Position numbers and translations under genes: made by a program. Of a stretch of 64,000 nucleotides of DNA, positions 61,218 to 64,000 are shown piece after piece. Source of the DNA: Lingula anatina. Taxonomy: Eukaryota; Animalia; Brachiopoda. The notes under the pieces are model-generated. The model saw only the letters and a program-made list of their open reading frames with translations, had not been told where the DNA came from and searched no databases. The stretch spans positions 61,482,788-61,546,787 of the forward strand of contig CM120640.1 of NCBI GenBank assembly GCA_051362555.1, read 5' to 3'. The stretch's first letter is position 1. Every line of letters begins with the position of its first letter.

Positions 61218-64000
61218 CTGCAAGAAAACACATTAGAGCCCTTTAAAAACAAGTTAGGTAAATAAGTCAGACTATTGGTATTACAGGAACCATGTGTGAA
61301 GGCATTCAAAAGTGTACAACAACTAGCCACTTCGGATACTCAACACTGACTCTGATGGATCGATCCATAAACACATCAGCAAAATCCTCTATTAGGAATT
61401 CATGAACCTTTCCTCAGATAATGTCCCTTTTGTGCTAAAATAAAATGTGTAAAAGAACAAGTATCATAAATGTTTTGAATTGAAATGCCTGCCACTTACC
61501 CTTTCCTTTAAATTAAACATGTGACTTCCTTACTACGTGCTGCCAGTCAGGTCTATATTACAAAATTAACAAGCATATTGTAATGTTGCCCCATCTCAAT
61601 CATGTTACCACCCCATACTGTATCTATATCTTATCTATATCATGTAGTCACACACACCTGTACCAACCAAACACAAAACATACTATCACATAAATACTGA
61701 ATAGCTATCATAGCATTGTGCACATTTAATACAGTATTTTTTAATATACAGTCCCTATCTGTATATATCTTTACCAGTATTGTCTATCTCTTGGATTAAT
61801 TACAGCATTTTTTTCTGTTCACTCACCTTTATGGTACACACAGTAATAAATCTTGATCAATCATGAAATGTCACCAAATCTCAGCAACAAAAATGTTTTA
61901 TGAAGCACTGTTTTTAAAAGTCGCTAGCATGAATAATAAAAAAGCCTTGTTCCGTCAGCCAATGTAGCCCAGGATCCTATGTTTTGCACTATGGCCAGCA
62001 TCAACTACACTCCCTACAGAACTTGTGGCCACAGTTGCACTGACTCATCTGTATGATACTCCTACCATACTGTCATGATTTACCAGCTATAGAATCTGGA
62101 GGCATGTGTTGGCTGTAAAACTCTATTATACATACATAGCACCCAGCCAGAGCTCTATTGGCAAACAAGTTGAAGCCTGCTCTTTTATTATTCGGTAAAA
62201 TTCTTTTCATGGCTTGTTATTTAGATTGTTTTTAGATAACATTCTACTATGTTTGTATGAGATATTTCTTACTGTACATTTTGACATTTTATGACTACAA
62301 TAACATTGATATCCCACTGCTTATGCATGATATGTCAACCACATTAAAAGAGTCGTTAAAATTAAATCAATGTTTTAAAAAACTGAAGCACTTGTGCTAC
62401 TGAAATTGGTTGACTTTTCATCAATGAATATGGACAACTGTAATATTTGATCTTCCTTGCAACAGAACCAAAGAAAATTGCATTAGAATGGAAAATGCTA
62501 TCTTTGCAATTTGATTGATCAGTGACGAAAAAAGACGAGCAAAATATAAAAGAACTGAGTCAAAGCCCCATAAGAGGAATAACTCTGACTTGTAAGGTGA
62601 TTCAATTTTTTCTGCTTAAAATTTATTGGACAATATTACAAGTCAAAATATATTCAAGGAACAGATTGTCAGTTTTATGGGCAAGATTTCAAATAAGATA
62701 ATGCAAGCACATTAAAATCATTTCAGTTGTATCTGATGGACATCTTCATAAGGTTCCCCAGGTCATCACTGGTAAACCATGCATTCATACCTACAAAAAT
62801 GCAGATGGTATTCAACACAGGAAGATGAACGATGACATGGCATTGTGGTTTTCCAACTAAAACTCCCCATGGTCTGTTCCTATCTAACCACAACACACAA
62901 GTAAAACTGGCATCTGAAAAAAACTGTATCCTGAAAGTCACAGGATGTTTGTTACAAAACTATAAATATATATGTAAATATCAGAGAGAATATGCACTGA
63001 TATAGTTCACGGTCATACATTTTTGGGAAAAAGATGGGCAGAGACAACTTTCCTCACGTAACCTGACTTTCACCATAGCTTTGAATGCTATGTGACATAT
63101 GCCTAGCTTGCTTCCTCAGATACATGTGGTATACTGAAGTACAAGTTTCAGTTCAGTTTTCAAAGTTACACTAAAATCAAAATAGCCTTTTACTCATACT
63201 GGATACCTGAAATCCCCTTTTAAGGTGTAAAGCATGTAATCCTAGCCCTGATAACTTAGGAAAAGACACTGGAACCTACATTACCATGTAATTTATCAAT
63301 GCAGAGTGATCTGGAAGCCAGTTAGCCAATGCAAACTTTTAAACTGAAGTGACCCGAAATCCCATTTTAAAAGGTTTAAAAAATCTAATAGATTTGTGTT
63401 CTACGGTAAATTTGACCCAGACAATATCTAATTTCATGTAGGTTTTCCCAAGCATTTCTATAAATACTACTAAAATACCCTAGTGTAATAATTTTTTGCT
63501 TTAAAATATCAAATGTAAATAGAACTAGACTAAAATCTAAATCTTGCAATATCTAAAGGTAGTGCCATAAAATGACACCAAATTATAAAATAAATTCATG
63601 CAGCCCATATATGGAATTAAAAAAGCAGACAAAACACGTGATGGAATGTGTTCCATTAACCAAATATAAATGAACATAGCTGTGGCTTACAGGCATAGTT
63701 TTGATGTCTCATTCCACCCACAACCAAAACAGTTAAATAAAAAATTCCAAAAATATGCTATCATCTGTTGGATAGAGTCTGATCTGACTAACCAAGTACA
63801 GAATATCATAAAATAGCTCTTATTTTTGTAAAAAGCTTGCAAAAGAGATGGAAATGTGATATAATAGTCTTTAAAAATTCACTTACAGAAATAGCAGCCA
63901 TCATCTGAAAGGTGAAGCAATTCAGAAGAATGTTTGATTGAAACCATTAGATATAACTCACTGACAGACTGATGGTTAAATCCATTCAACCATTCAATCA

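Overview
AT-rich, intron-containing animal DNA, probably from a marine invertebrate (lophotrochozoan-like; this is an inference). It holds three host genes: UFSP1 (+, 5 coding exons, 6311-8542), an intronless FMRFamide-receptor-like GPCR (-, 47321-48550) and paxillin (-, 8 coding exons seen in 51691-61217, 5' end beyond the window or not resolved). Most of 9-46 kb is a nest of transposons whose ends and target-site duplications (TSDs) can be read directly. The largest is a 17-kb IS3EU-type element (17821-34829; 350-bp TIRs, 6-bp TSD). It carries a decayed integrase-like transposase and a convergent decayed HECT ubiquitin-ligase gene, and both appear to start at the same ATG inside the TIRs. 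A hAT element sits inside it, which in turn contains a P-like element and an IS3EU-type MITE. Elsewhere are a hAT-like element with a 5-bp TSD containing an Academ-like element, four Helentron-type (HINE) repeats and a decayed intron-containing Ginger transposase. Removing the insertions leaves two compact patchworks of short coding fragments from unrelated TE superfamilies. Every fragment I could assign is on the minus strand, which is a piRNA-cluster-like arrangement (hypothesis). All family assignments come from motif recognition by eye, not from database searches.
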